Shown here piece after piece: positions 41,828-54,400 of a DNA stretch of 64,000 nt; the first letter of the stretch is position 1; each line of letters begins with the position of its first letter. This DNA is from Eledone cirrhosa (taxonomy: Eukaryota): positions 407,340,001 to 407,404,000 of the forward strand of contig OZ024741.1 of NCBI GenBank assembly GCA_964016885.1, in the 5' to 3' direction. The position numbers were made by a program, and so were the translations under genes. Under the pieces are notes generated by a model. The model saw only the letters and a list, made by a program, of their open reading frames with translations. It did no database searches and was not told the origin of the DNA.

Positions 41828-44800
41828 TATCTAAGACTTAGATGAAATGATGGGTGTATGGCCTACATGTATAATACAGTCATATTATGTTTAAGACTTG
41901 GATGAAATGGTGGATGCATGGCCTAGAGGTATAATACAGTCATAATATATCTAAGCCTTAGATGAAATGGTGGGAGTGTTGCCTACAGATATAATAGTCA
42001 TATTATATCTGGGAACTTAGATGAAATGGTGGGTGTATTGCCTACAGATATAATACAGACATACTATATCTAAGACTTAGATGAAATGGTGTGGTGTGGC
42101 CTACAGGTATAATACAGTCATATTATATTTAAGACTCAGATGAAATGGTGGGTGTATGTCCTACAGGTATAAAACAATCATATTATATTTAAGACTTAGA
42201 TGAAATGGTGGGTGTCTGGCCTATAGGTATAATAAAGTCATATTATATCTAAGACTTAGATGACATGGTGAGCGTATGACCTACAGGTATAATACAGTCA
42301 TATTACATCTAAGACTTAGATGAAATGGTGGGTGTATGACCTACAGATATAATACAGTCATATTATATCTAAGACTTAGATGTAATGGTGGGAGTGACCT
42401 ACAGATATAATACAGTCATATTATATCTAAGACTTAGATGAAATGGTGATTATAATGCCTACAGATATAATACAGTCACATTATATTTAAGACTTAGATG
42501 AAATGGTGGCTGTATGGCCTACAGATATAATACAGTCATATTATATCTAAGACTTAGATGAAATGGTGGGTGTATGGCCTACAGGTTTATTACAGTCATA
42601 TTATACATAAGACTTAGATGAAATGGTGGGAGTGTGGCCTACAGATATAATACAGTCATAATATATCTAAGACTTAGATGAAATGGTGGGAGTGACCTAC
42701 ACATATAATACATTCATATTATATCTAAGACCTTTGATGAAATGGTGGTTGTAATGCCTACAGGTATAATACAGTCATATTATATCTAAGACTTAGATGA
42801 AATTGTGGGTGTATGGCCTACAGATATAATAGAATCGTATTATATCTAAGACTTGGATGAAATGGTGGGTGTATGGCCTAGAGGTATAATACAGCCATAA
42901 TATATCTAAGGCTTAGATGAAATGGTGGGAGTGTCCTACAGATATAATAGTCATATTATATTTAAGACTTAGATGAAATGGTGGGTGTGTGGACTACAGG
43001 TATAATACAGTCATATTATATTTAAGACTTAGATGAAATGGTGGGTGTGTGGACTACAGGTATAATACTGTCATATTATATTTAAGACTTAGATGAAATG
43101 GTGGGTGTGTGGACTACAGGTATAATACAGTCATATTACATTTAAGACTTAGATGAAATGGTGGGTGTGTGGACTACAGGTATAATACAGTCATATTATA
43201 TTTAAGACTTAGATGAAATGGTGGGTGTGTGGACTACAGGTATAATACAGTCATATTATATTTAAGACTTAGATGAAATAGTGGGTGTGTGGACTACAGG
43301 TATAATACAGTCATATTATATTTAAGACTTAGATGAAATGGTGGGTGTATGGTCTACAGATTTATTACAGTCATATTATATTTAAGACTCAGATGAAATG
43401 GTGGGTGTATGGCCTACATATATAATACTGTCATATTATATTTAATACATACATGAAATTGTGGGTGTATGGCCAACAGGTATAATGCAGTCGTATAATA
43501 TCTAAGACTTGGATGAAATGGTGGGTGAAGGCCCTAGGGGTATAATACAGTCATATTATATTTAAGACTTAGATGAAATGGTGGGTGTGTGGCCTTAAGG
43601 AATGTTACAGTCATAATATATCTGAGACTTAGTTGAAATGGTGGGAGTAACCTACAGATATAATACAGTCATATTATATCTAAGACTTAGATGAAATGGT
43701 GGGTGTATTGCCTACAGATATAATACAGTCATAATATATCTAAGACTTAGATGAAATGGTGGGTTTATGGCCTACAGGCATAATACAGTCATATTATATC
43801 TAAGACTTAGATGGAATGGTGGGTGTATGACCTACAGGTATAATACAGTCATATTATATTTAAGACTTAGATGAAATGGTGGGAGTGACCTACAGATATA
43901 ATACATTCATATTATATCTAAGACTTAGATGAAATGGTGTGTGTATGACATACAGATATAATACAGTCATATTATATCTAAGACTTAGATGAAATGGTGG
44001 GTTTATGGCCTACAGGCATAATACAGTCATATTATATCTAAGACTTAGATGGAATGGTGGGTGTATGACCTACAGGTATAATACAGTCATATTATATTTA
44101 AGACTTAGATGAAATTGTGGGTGTATGGCCTACAGATATAATACAGTCGTATTATATCTAAGACTTGGATGAAATGGTGGGAGTGTGGCTTACAGATATA
44201 ATACAGTCGTATTATATCTAAGACTTAGATGAAATGGTGGGTGTATGACCTACAGATATAATACAGTCATATAATATCTAAGACTTAGATGAAATGGTGG
44301 GTGTATGGTCTACAGGTATAATACAGTCATATTATATTTAAGACTTAGATGAAATGGTGGGTGTATGTCCTAAAGATATAATACAGTCATATTATATCTA
44401 AGACTTAGATGAAATGGTGGGTGTATGGACTACAGGTATAATACAGTCATATTATATTTAACACTTAGTTGAAATGATCGGTGTATGGCCTACAGGAATA
44501 ATACAGTCATATTATATTTAAGACTTTGATGAATTGGTGGGTGTGTGGACTACAGGTATAATACAGTCATATTATATTTAAGACTTAGATGAAATGGTGG
44601 GTGTGTGGACTACAGGTATAATACAGTCATATTATATTTAAGACTTAGATGAAATGGTGGGTGTGTGGACTACAGATATAATACAGTCATATTATATTTA
44701 AGACTTAGATGAAATGGTGGGTGTGTGGACTACAGGTATAATACAGTCATATTATATTTAAGACTTAGATGAAATGGTGGGTGTATGGTCTACATATATA

Positions 44801-47800
44801 ATACTGTCATATTATATTTAATACATACATGAAATTGTGGGTGTATGGCCAACAGGTATAATACAGTCGTATTATATCTAAGACTTGGATGAAATGGTGG
44901 GTGTAGGCCCTAGGGGTATAATATTATATCTAAGACTTAGATGAAATGGTGGGTGTATGACCTACAGGTATAATACAGCCATATTATATCTAAGACTTAG
45001 ATGGAATAGTGGGTGTATGACCTACAGGTATAATACAGTCATATTATATTTAAGACTTAGATGAAATGGTGGGTATATGGCCTACAGATATAATACAGTC
45101 GTATTATATCTAAGACTTCGATGAAATGGTGGGAGTGTGGCTTGCAGATATAATACAGTCATATTATATCTAAGACTTAGATGAAATGGTGGGTGTATGA
45201 CCTACATATATAATACAGTCATATTATATCTAAGACTTAGATGAAATGGTGGGTGTATGGCCTACAGGTATAATACAGTCATATTATATTTAAGACTTAG
45301 ATGAAATGGTGGGTGTATGGCCTAAAGATATAATACAGTCATATTATATCTAAGACTTAGTTGAAATGATCGGTGTATGGCCTACAGATATAATACAGTC
45401 ATATAATATTTAAGACTTAGATGAAATGGTGGGTGTATGGCCGACAGATATAATACACTCGTATTATATCTAAGACTTGGATGAAATGGTGGGTGTATGG
45501 CCTAGAGGTATAATACAGTCATAATATATCTAAGGCTTAGATGAAATGGTGGGAGTGACCTAAATATATAATAGTCATATTATATCTAAGACTTAGATGA
45601 AATGCTGGGTGTATTACCTACATATATAATACAGTCATATTATATTTAAGACTTAGATGAAATGGTGGGTGTCTGGCCTATAGGTATAATACAGTCATTT
45701 TATATCTAAGACTTAGACGAAATGGTGGGTGTATGACCTACAGGTATAATACAGTCGTATTATATCTAAAACTTGGATGAAATGGTGGGTGTATGGCCTA
45801 GAGGTATAATACAGTCATATTATATCTAAGACTTAGATGAAATGGTGGGTGTATGACCTACAGATATAATACAGTCATATTATATCTAAGAGTTAGATGA
45901 AATGGTGGGTGTGTGGCCTAGAGGAATGTTACAGTCATATTATATTTAGGACTTGGCTGAAATGGTGGGTGTATGACCTAGAGATATAGTACAGTCATAT
46001 TATATCTAAGACTTTGATGAAATGGTGGGTGTATGACCTACAGATATAATACAGTCATATTATACATAAGCCTTAGATGAAATGGTGGGAGTGTGGCCTA
46101 CAGATATAATACAGTCATAATATATCTAAGACTTAGTTGAAATGGTTGGAGTAACCTACAGATATAATACAGTCATATTATATCTAAGACTTAGATGAAA
46201 TTGTGGGTGTATGGCCAACAGGTATAATACAGTCGTATTATATCTAAGACTTGGATGAAATGGTGGGTGTAGGCCCTAGGGGTATAATACAGTCATATTA
46301 TATCTAAGACTTAGATGAAATGGTGGGTGTATGACCTACAGGCATAATACAGTCATATTATATCTAATACTTAGATGGAATGGTGGGTGTATGACCTACA
46401 GGTATAATACAGTCATATTATATTTAAGACTTAGATGAAATGGTGGGTATATGGCCTACAGATATAATACAGTCGTATTATATCTAAGACTTCGATGAAA
46501 TGGTGGGAGTGTGGCTTGCAGATATAATACAGTCATATTATATCTAAGACTTAGATGAAATGGTGGGTGTATGACCTACATATATAATACAGTCATATTA
46601 TATCTAAGACTTAGATGAAATGGTGGGTGTATGGCCTACAGGTATAATACAGTCATATTATATTTAAGACTTAGATGAAATGGTGGGTGTATGGCCTAAA
46701 GATATAATACAGTCATATTATATCTAAGACTTAGTTGAAATGATCGGTGTATGGCCTACAGATATAATACAGTCATATTATATTTAAGACTTAGATGAAA
46801 TGGTGGGTGTATGGCCGACAGATATAATACACTCGTATTATATCTAAGACTTGGATGAAATGGTGGGTGTATGGCCTAGAGGTATAATACAGTCATAATA
46901 TATCTAAGGCTTAGATGAAATGGTGGGAGTGACCTACATATATAATTGTCATATTATATCTAAGACTTAGATGAAATGCTGGGTGTATTGCCTACATATA
47001 TAATACAGTCATATTATATTTAAGACTTAGATGAAATGGTGGGTGTCTGGCCTATAGGTATAATACAGTCATTTTATATCTAAGACTTAGATGAAATGGT
47101 GGGTGTATGACCTACAGGTATAATACAGTCGTATTATATCTAAGACTTGGATGAAATGGTGGGTGTATGGCCTAGAGGTATAATACAGTCATATTATATC
47201 TAAACTTAGATGAAATGGTGGGTGTATGACCTACAGATATAATACATTCATATTATATCTAAGAGTTAGATGAAATGGTGGGTGTGTGGCCTAGAGGAAT
47301 GTTACAGTCATATTATATTTAAGACTTGGCTGAAATGGTGGGTGTATGACCTAGAGATATAGTACAGTCATATTATATCTAAGACTTTGATGAAATGGTG
47401 GGTGTATGACCTACAGATATAATACAGTCATATTATACATAAGCCTTAGATGAAATGGTGGGAGTGTGGCCTACAGATATAATACAGTCATAATATATAT
47501 AAGACTTAGTTGAAATGGTTGGAGTAACCTACAGATATAATACAGTCATATTATATCTAAGACTTAGATGAAATGGTGGGTGTATTGCCTACAGATATAA
47601 TACAGTCATAATATATCTAAGACTTAGATGAAATGGTTGGAGTGACCTACAGATATAATACATTCATATTATATCTAACACCTAGATGAAATGGTGGGTG
47701 TATGTCCTACAGGTATAATACCGTCATATTGTATTTAAGTCTTAGATGAAATGGTGGGTGTATGGCCTACAGATATAATACAGTCATATTATATCTAAGA

Positions 47801-49229
47801 CTTGGATGAAATGGTGGGTGTATGGTTTAGAGGTATAATACAGTCATAATATATCTAAGGCTTAGATGAAATGGTGGGAGTGTCCTACAGATATAATAGT
47901 CATATTATATCTAAGACTTAGATGAAATGGTGGGTGTATGACCTACAGATATAACACAGTCATATTAAATCTAAGACTTAGATGAAATGGTGGATGTGTG
48001 GCCTAGAGGAATATTACAGTCATATAATATTTAAGACTTGGCTGAAATGGTGGGTGCATGACCTAGAGGTATAATAAAGTCATATTATATCTAAGACTTA
48101 GATGAAATGTTGGGTGTATGGCCTGCAGATATAATACAGTCATATTATATCAAGACTTAGATGAAATGGTGGGAGTGACCTACATATATAATAGTCATAT
48201 TATATCTAAGACTTAGATCAAATGCTGGGTGTATGGCCTACATATATAATACAGTCATATTATATCTAAGACTTAGATGAAATGGTGGGAGTGCGGCCTA
48301 CAGATATAATACAGTCATAATATATCTAAGACTTAGATGAAATGGTGGGAGTGACCTACAAATATAATACAGTCATATTATATCTAAGACTTAGATGAAA
48401 TGGTGGGTGTATTGCCTACAGATATAATAGAGTCATAATATATCTAAAACTTAGATGAAATTGTGGGGGTACTGCTACAGATATAATACAGTCATATTAT
48501 ATCTAAATCTTAGATGAAATGGTGGGGTGTGGCCTACATGTATAATACAGTCATATTATATTTAAGACTTAGATGAAATGGTGGGTGTCTGGCCTATAGG
48601 TATAATACAGTCATATTATATCTAAGACTTAGATGAAATGGTGATTGTAATGCCTACAGATATAATACAGTCATATTATATTTAAGACTTAGATGAAATC
48701 GTGGGTCTATGGCCTACAGGTATAATACAGTCATATTATATCTAAGACTTAGATGAAATGGTGAGTGTATGGCCTACATGTATAATACAGTCATATTATA
48801 TCTAAGACTTAGATGAAATGGTGAGTGTATGGCCTACAGGTATAATACAGTCATATTATTTCTAAGACTTAGATGAAATAGTGGGGGCATGGCCTACAGG
48901 TATAATTCAGTCATATTATATCTAAGACTTAGATGAAATGGTGGGTGTATGGCCTACAGGTATAATACAGTCATATTATATCTAAGACTTAGATGAAATG
49001 GTGGGTGTATGGCCTACAGGTATAATACAGTCATATTATATCTAAGACTTAGATGAAATGGTGGGGGCATGGCCTACAGGTATAATACAGTCATATTATA
49101 TCTAAGACTTAGATGAAATAGTGGGGGCATGGCCTACAGGTATAATACAGTCATGTTATATTTAAGATTTAGATGAAATGGTGGGTGTATGGCCTACAAA
49201 TATAATAGAGTCATATTATATCTAAGACT

Positions 49230-49304
49230 TTACGGGGTCGATAAAATAAAGTACCAGTAATGCACTGGGTATTTGCTGGCCTTGTGCCTAAAGTAGAAAC
49301 AATT
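49230..49304 (+). mobile_element. Strongly 5'-truncated SINE family 1
   Basis: TSD ATTATATCTAAGACTT. Confidence 0.9.
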
Positions 49305-49825
49305 ATATCTAAGACTTAGATGAAATGGTGGGTGTATGGCCTACAGGTATAATACAGTCATATTATATTTAAGACATAGATGAAATGGTTGGTGTATGGC
49401 CTGCAGATATAATACAGTCATATTATATTTAAGACTTAGATGAAATGGTGGGTGTATGGCCAACAGGTATAATACAGTCGTATTATATCTAAGACTTGGA
49501 TGAAATGTGGGTGTCTGGCCTACAGATATTATAGTCATTTTATATCTAAGACTTAGATGAAATGCTGGGTGTATGGCCTACAGATATTATAGTCATATTA
49601 TATCTAAGACTTAGATGAAATGCTGGGTGTATGAGCTACAGATATAATACAGTCATATTATATCTAAGACTTAGATGAAATGGTGGGTGTATGGCCTACA
49701 GGTATAATACAGTCATATTACATCTAAGACTTAGATGAAATGGTGGGTGTATGGCCTACAGGTATAATACAGTCATATCATATCTAAGACTTAGATGAAA
49801 TGGTGGGTGTATGACCTACAGATAT

Positions 49826-50008
49826 AATTGTTTCTACTTTTGGCACAAGGCCAGCAATTACCCAGTGCATTACTGGTACTTTATTTTAGCGACCCCGTAA
49901 GGATGAAAGGCCAAGTTAACCTCGGCGGGATTTGAACTCAGATCATACAAGGAGTTAACTCTATGCTTCAAAGCATGGCGTCCGACCCTCTACCAATACT
50001 GCCAATAC
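49826..50008 (-). mobile_element. SINE family 1 in satellite
   Basis: TSD ATGACCTACAGATATAAT. Confidence 0.92.
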
Positions 50009-51405
50009 ATGACCTACAGATATAATACAGTCATATTATATCTAAAACAGATGAAATGGTGAGTGTATGGCCTACAGATATAATACAGTCATATTATATC
50101 TAAGACTTAGATGAAATGGCGGGTGTATGGCCTACAGGTATAGTACAGTCATATTATATCTAAGACTTAGATGAAATTGTGGGTGTATTGTCTACAGATT
50201 TAAAACAGTCATATTATATCTAAGACTTAGATGAAATTGTGGGTGTATTGTCTACAGATTTAAAACAGTCATATTATATCTAAGACTTAGATGAAATGAT
50301 GGTAGTATTGTCTACAGATTTAAAACAGTCATATCATATCTAAGACTTAGATGAAATGGTGGGTGTGAGCTTCAGGTATAATACAGTCATATTATATCTA
50401 AGACTTAGATGAAATGATCGGTGTATGGCCTACCGATACAATAGTCATAGTGTCTCTAAGACATAGGTGAATGCATGGTCGTTTGACTAACATATATAAT
50501 ATAGCCATAGTATCTCTAAGACATAGGTGAACGTGTGTACGTTTGACTTTCGGGTAAAATACAGACTTAGTATATCTAAGACATATGTTAATGTCCAATG
50601 TAAGACTTAGATGAAAGTAGTAACTAGTCGCTGCTACTTTCAAGACTTCCAACAACCACATAGTCTCCCATAATTGACTGCTGATGTATTTTGATGACAA
50701 TGGTCAGATTAATGTAGTTAATATTGATTTCTCATATCACTCTAATGCTAAGAATATATTGGTAAAATGTACAATCGATTTAATCGATCTCATTACATAC
50801 TTTGTTTTACTTGCTTTAGCGACATCAATTGAATATCAAACGAGGATTTCTCCTTTATCAAAACAAAGAGGATCGAAAAATATAAATACTTAAGGGAGTT
50901 TATATATACGTGGTTATTATTTGTGTTTTTAATGTTAATGATGATGATGAAGAGGAGGTTATTGATGATGATGGTGATGATCTTGATTATAAGGATGATG
51001 GTTAACCTCCACATGACATTGATCAACCAGACAAAGACGTTCCAACCATGATCATTCCGACTGATTATTCACTCGTTGTGTGTCACAGACGACACCATCA
51101 ATTGTGATATATCGTTTTACAAAACTGTAGGTTGTAATATGAAAGAGTTTCGTATTGCTATTTTTTTAGCAGAGAAAGATGACTAAAAAATGATCCCTAA
51201 TTGATGTGATCTTTATAGGCATTTTAGACATGCTAGAAATAGCACCGAATTACTCCTCAGTACCATCTTAAAACTGAAGGAACATTGATATTTATTTCTA
51301 AAGATAGTAGAAAACTTTAAATCATCGCCTCAGAAAAGCAAGTAAACTAAGTCGGAGATGAAAACTGCATATGAAGACAGATTTCCCCGTAATATTTGAA
51401 ATATG

Positions 51406-54400
51406 AGTTTAATACACTGTAGTAAACTCTAGGTACAGTCCTCATTGGTATCTTCTCATCAGTTTAATACACTGTAGTAAACTCTAGGTACAGTCCTCAT
51501 TGGTATCTTCTGATCAGTTTAATACACTGTAGTAAACTCTAGGTACAGTCCTCATTGGTATCTTCTCATCAGTTTAATACACTGTAGTAAACTCTAGGTA
51601 CAGTCCTCATTGGTATCTTCTGATCAGTTTAATACACTGTAGTAAACTCTAGGTACAGTCCTCATTGGTATCTTCTCATCAGTTTAATACACTGTAGTAA
51701 ACTCTAGGTACAGTCCTCATTGGTATCTTCTCATCAGTTTAATACACTGTAGTAAACTCTAGCTACAGTCCTCATTGGTATCTTCTCATCAGTTTAATAC
51801 ACTGTAGTAAACTCTAGGTACAGTCCTCATTGGTATCTTCTCATCAGTTTAATACACTGTAGTAAACTCTAGGTACAGTCCTCATTGGTATCTTCTCATC
51901 AGTTTAATACACTGTAGTAAACTCTAGCTACAGTCCTCATTGGTATCTTCTCATCAGTTTAATACACTGTAGTAAACTCTAGGTACAGTCCTCATTGGTA
52001 TCTTCTCATCAGTTTAATACACTGTAGTAAACTCTAGCTACAGTCCTCATTGGTATCTTCTCATCAGTTTAATACACTGTAGTAAACTCTAGGTACAGTC
52101 CTCATTGGTATCTTCTCATCAGTTTAATACACTGTAGTAAACTCTAGGTACAGTCCTCATTGGTATCTTCTCATCAGTTTAATACACTTTAGTAAACTCT
52201 AGGTACAGTCCTCATTGGTATCTTCTCATCAGTTTAATACACTGTAGTAAACTCTAGCTACAGTCCTCATTGGTATCTTCTCATCAGTTTAATACACTGT
52301 AGTAAACTCTAGGTACAGTCCTCATTGGTATCTTCTCATCAGTTTAATACACTGTAGTAAACTCTAGGTACAGTCCTCATTGGTATCTTCTCATCAGTTT
52401 AATACACTGTAGTAAACTCTAGGTACAGTCCTCATTGGTATCTTCTCATCAGTTTAATACACTGTAGTAAACTCTAGGTACAGTTCTTATTGGTATCTTC
52501 TCATCAGTTTAATACACTGTAGTAAACTGTAGGTACAGTCCTCATTGGTATCTTCGGATCAATTTAATACACTGTAGTAAACTCTAGGTATAGTCCTCAT
52601 TGGTATCTTCTCATCAGTTTAATACACTGTAGTAAACTCTAGGACCAGTCCTCATTGGTATCTTCTCATCAGTTTAATACACTGTAGTAAACTCTAGGTA
52701 CAGTCCTCATTGGTATCTTCTCATCAGTTTAATACACTGTAGTAAACTCTAGGTATAGTCCTCATTGGTATCTTCTCATCAGTTTAATACACTGTAGTAA
52801 ACTCTAGGTATAGTCCTCATTGGTATCTTCTCATCAGTTTAATACACTGTAGTAAACTCTAGGTACAGTCCTCATTGGTATCTTCTGATCAGTTTAATAC
52901 ACTGTAGTAAACTCTAGGTATAGTCCTCATTGGTATCTTCTCATCAGTTTAATACACTGTAGTAAACTCTAGGTACAGTCCTCATTGGTATCTTCTCATC
53001 AGTTTAATACACTGTAGTAAACTCTAGGTACAGTCCTCATTGGTATCTTCTCATCAGTTTAATACACTGTAGTAAACTCTAGGTCCAGTCCTCATTGGTA
53101 TCTTCTCATCAGTTTAATACACTGTAGTAAACTCTAGGTACTGTCCTCATTGGTATCTTCTCATCAGTTTAATACACTGTAGTAAACTCTAGGTACAGTC
53201 CTCATTGGTATCTTCTCATCAGTTTAATACACTGTAGTAAACTCTAGGTACAGTCCTCATTCGTATCTTCTCATCAGTTTAATACACTGTAGTAAACTCT
53301 AGGTCCAGTCCTCATTGGTATCTTCTCATCAGTTTAATACACTGTAGTAAACTCTAGGTACTGTCCTCATTGGTATCTTCTCATCAGTTTAATACACTGT
53401 AGTAAACTCTAGGTACAGTCCTCATTGGTATCTTCTCATCAGTTTAATACACTGTAGTAAACTCTAGGTACAGTCCTCATTGGTATCTTCTCATCAGTTT
53501 AATACACTGTAGTAAACTCTAGGACCAGTCCTCATTGGTATCTTCTGATCAGTTTAATACACTGTAGTAAACTCTAGGTACAGTCCTCATTGGTATCTTC
53601 TCATCAGTTTAATACACTGTAGTAAACTCTAGGTACAGTCCTCATTGGTATCTTCTCATCAGTTTAATACACTGTAGTAAACTCTAGGACCAGTCCTCAT
53701 TGGTATCTTCTCATCAGTTTAATACACTGTAGTAAACTCTAGGTACAGTCCTCATTGGTATCTTCTCATCAGTTTAATACACTGTAGTAAACTCTAGGAC
53801 CAGTCCTCATTGGTATCTTCTGATCAGTTTAATACACTGTAGTAAACTCTAGGTAGAGGCCTCATTGGTATCTTCTGATCAGTTTAATACACTGTAGTAA
53901 ACTCTAGGTAGAGGCCTCATTGGTATCTTCTCATCAGTTTAATACACTGTAGTAAACTCTAGGTACAGTCCTCATTGGTATCTTCTCATCAGTTTAATAC
54001 ACTGTAGTAAACTCTAGGTACAGTCCTCATTGGTATCTTCTCATCAGTTTAATACACTGTAGTAAACTCTAGGTACAGTCCTCATTGGTATCTTCTCATC
54101 AGTTTAATACACTGTAGTAAACTCTAGGTACAGTCCTCATTGGTATCTTCTCATCAGTTTAATACACTGTAGTAAACTCTAGGTACTGTCCTCATTGGTA
54201 TCTTCTCATCAGTTTAATACACTGTAGTAAACTCTAGGTACAGTCCTCATTGGTATCTTCTCATCAGTTTAATACACTGTAGTAAACTCTAGGTACTGTC
54301 CTCATTGGTATCTTCTCATCAGTTTAATACACTGTAGTAAACTCTAGGTAGAGGCCTCATTGGTATCTTCTCATCAGTTTAATACACTGTAGTAAACTCT

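Larger units (their letters stand above)
33372..50620. repeat. 60-bp satellite array (~17 kb; 58-bp variants; degenerate right edge) interrupted by nine SINE copies
   Basis: Monomer GACTTAGATGAAATGGTGGGTGTATGGCCTACAG(A/G)TATAATACAGTCATATTATAT(C/T)TAA. Confidence 0.98.

Noticed and set aside
33372-50620. Protein-coding 20-aa repeat (60-bp period)
   Set aside because: Recurrent stop codons, 58-bp frameshifting monomers and SINE insertions.
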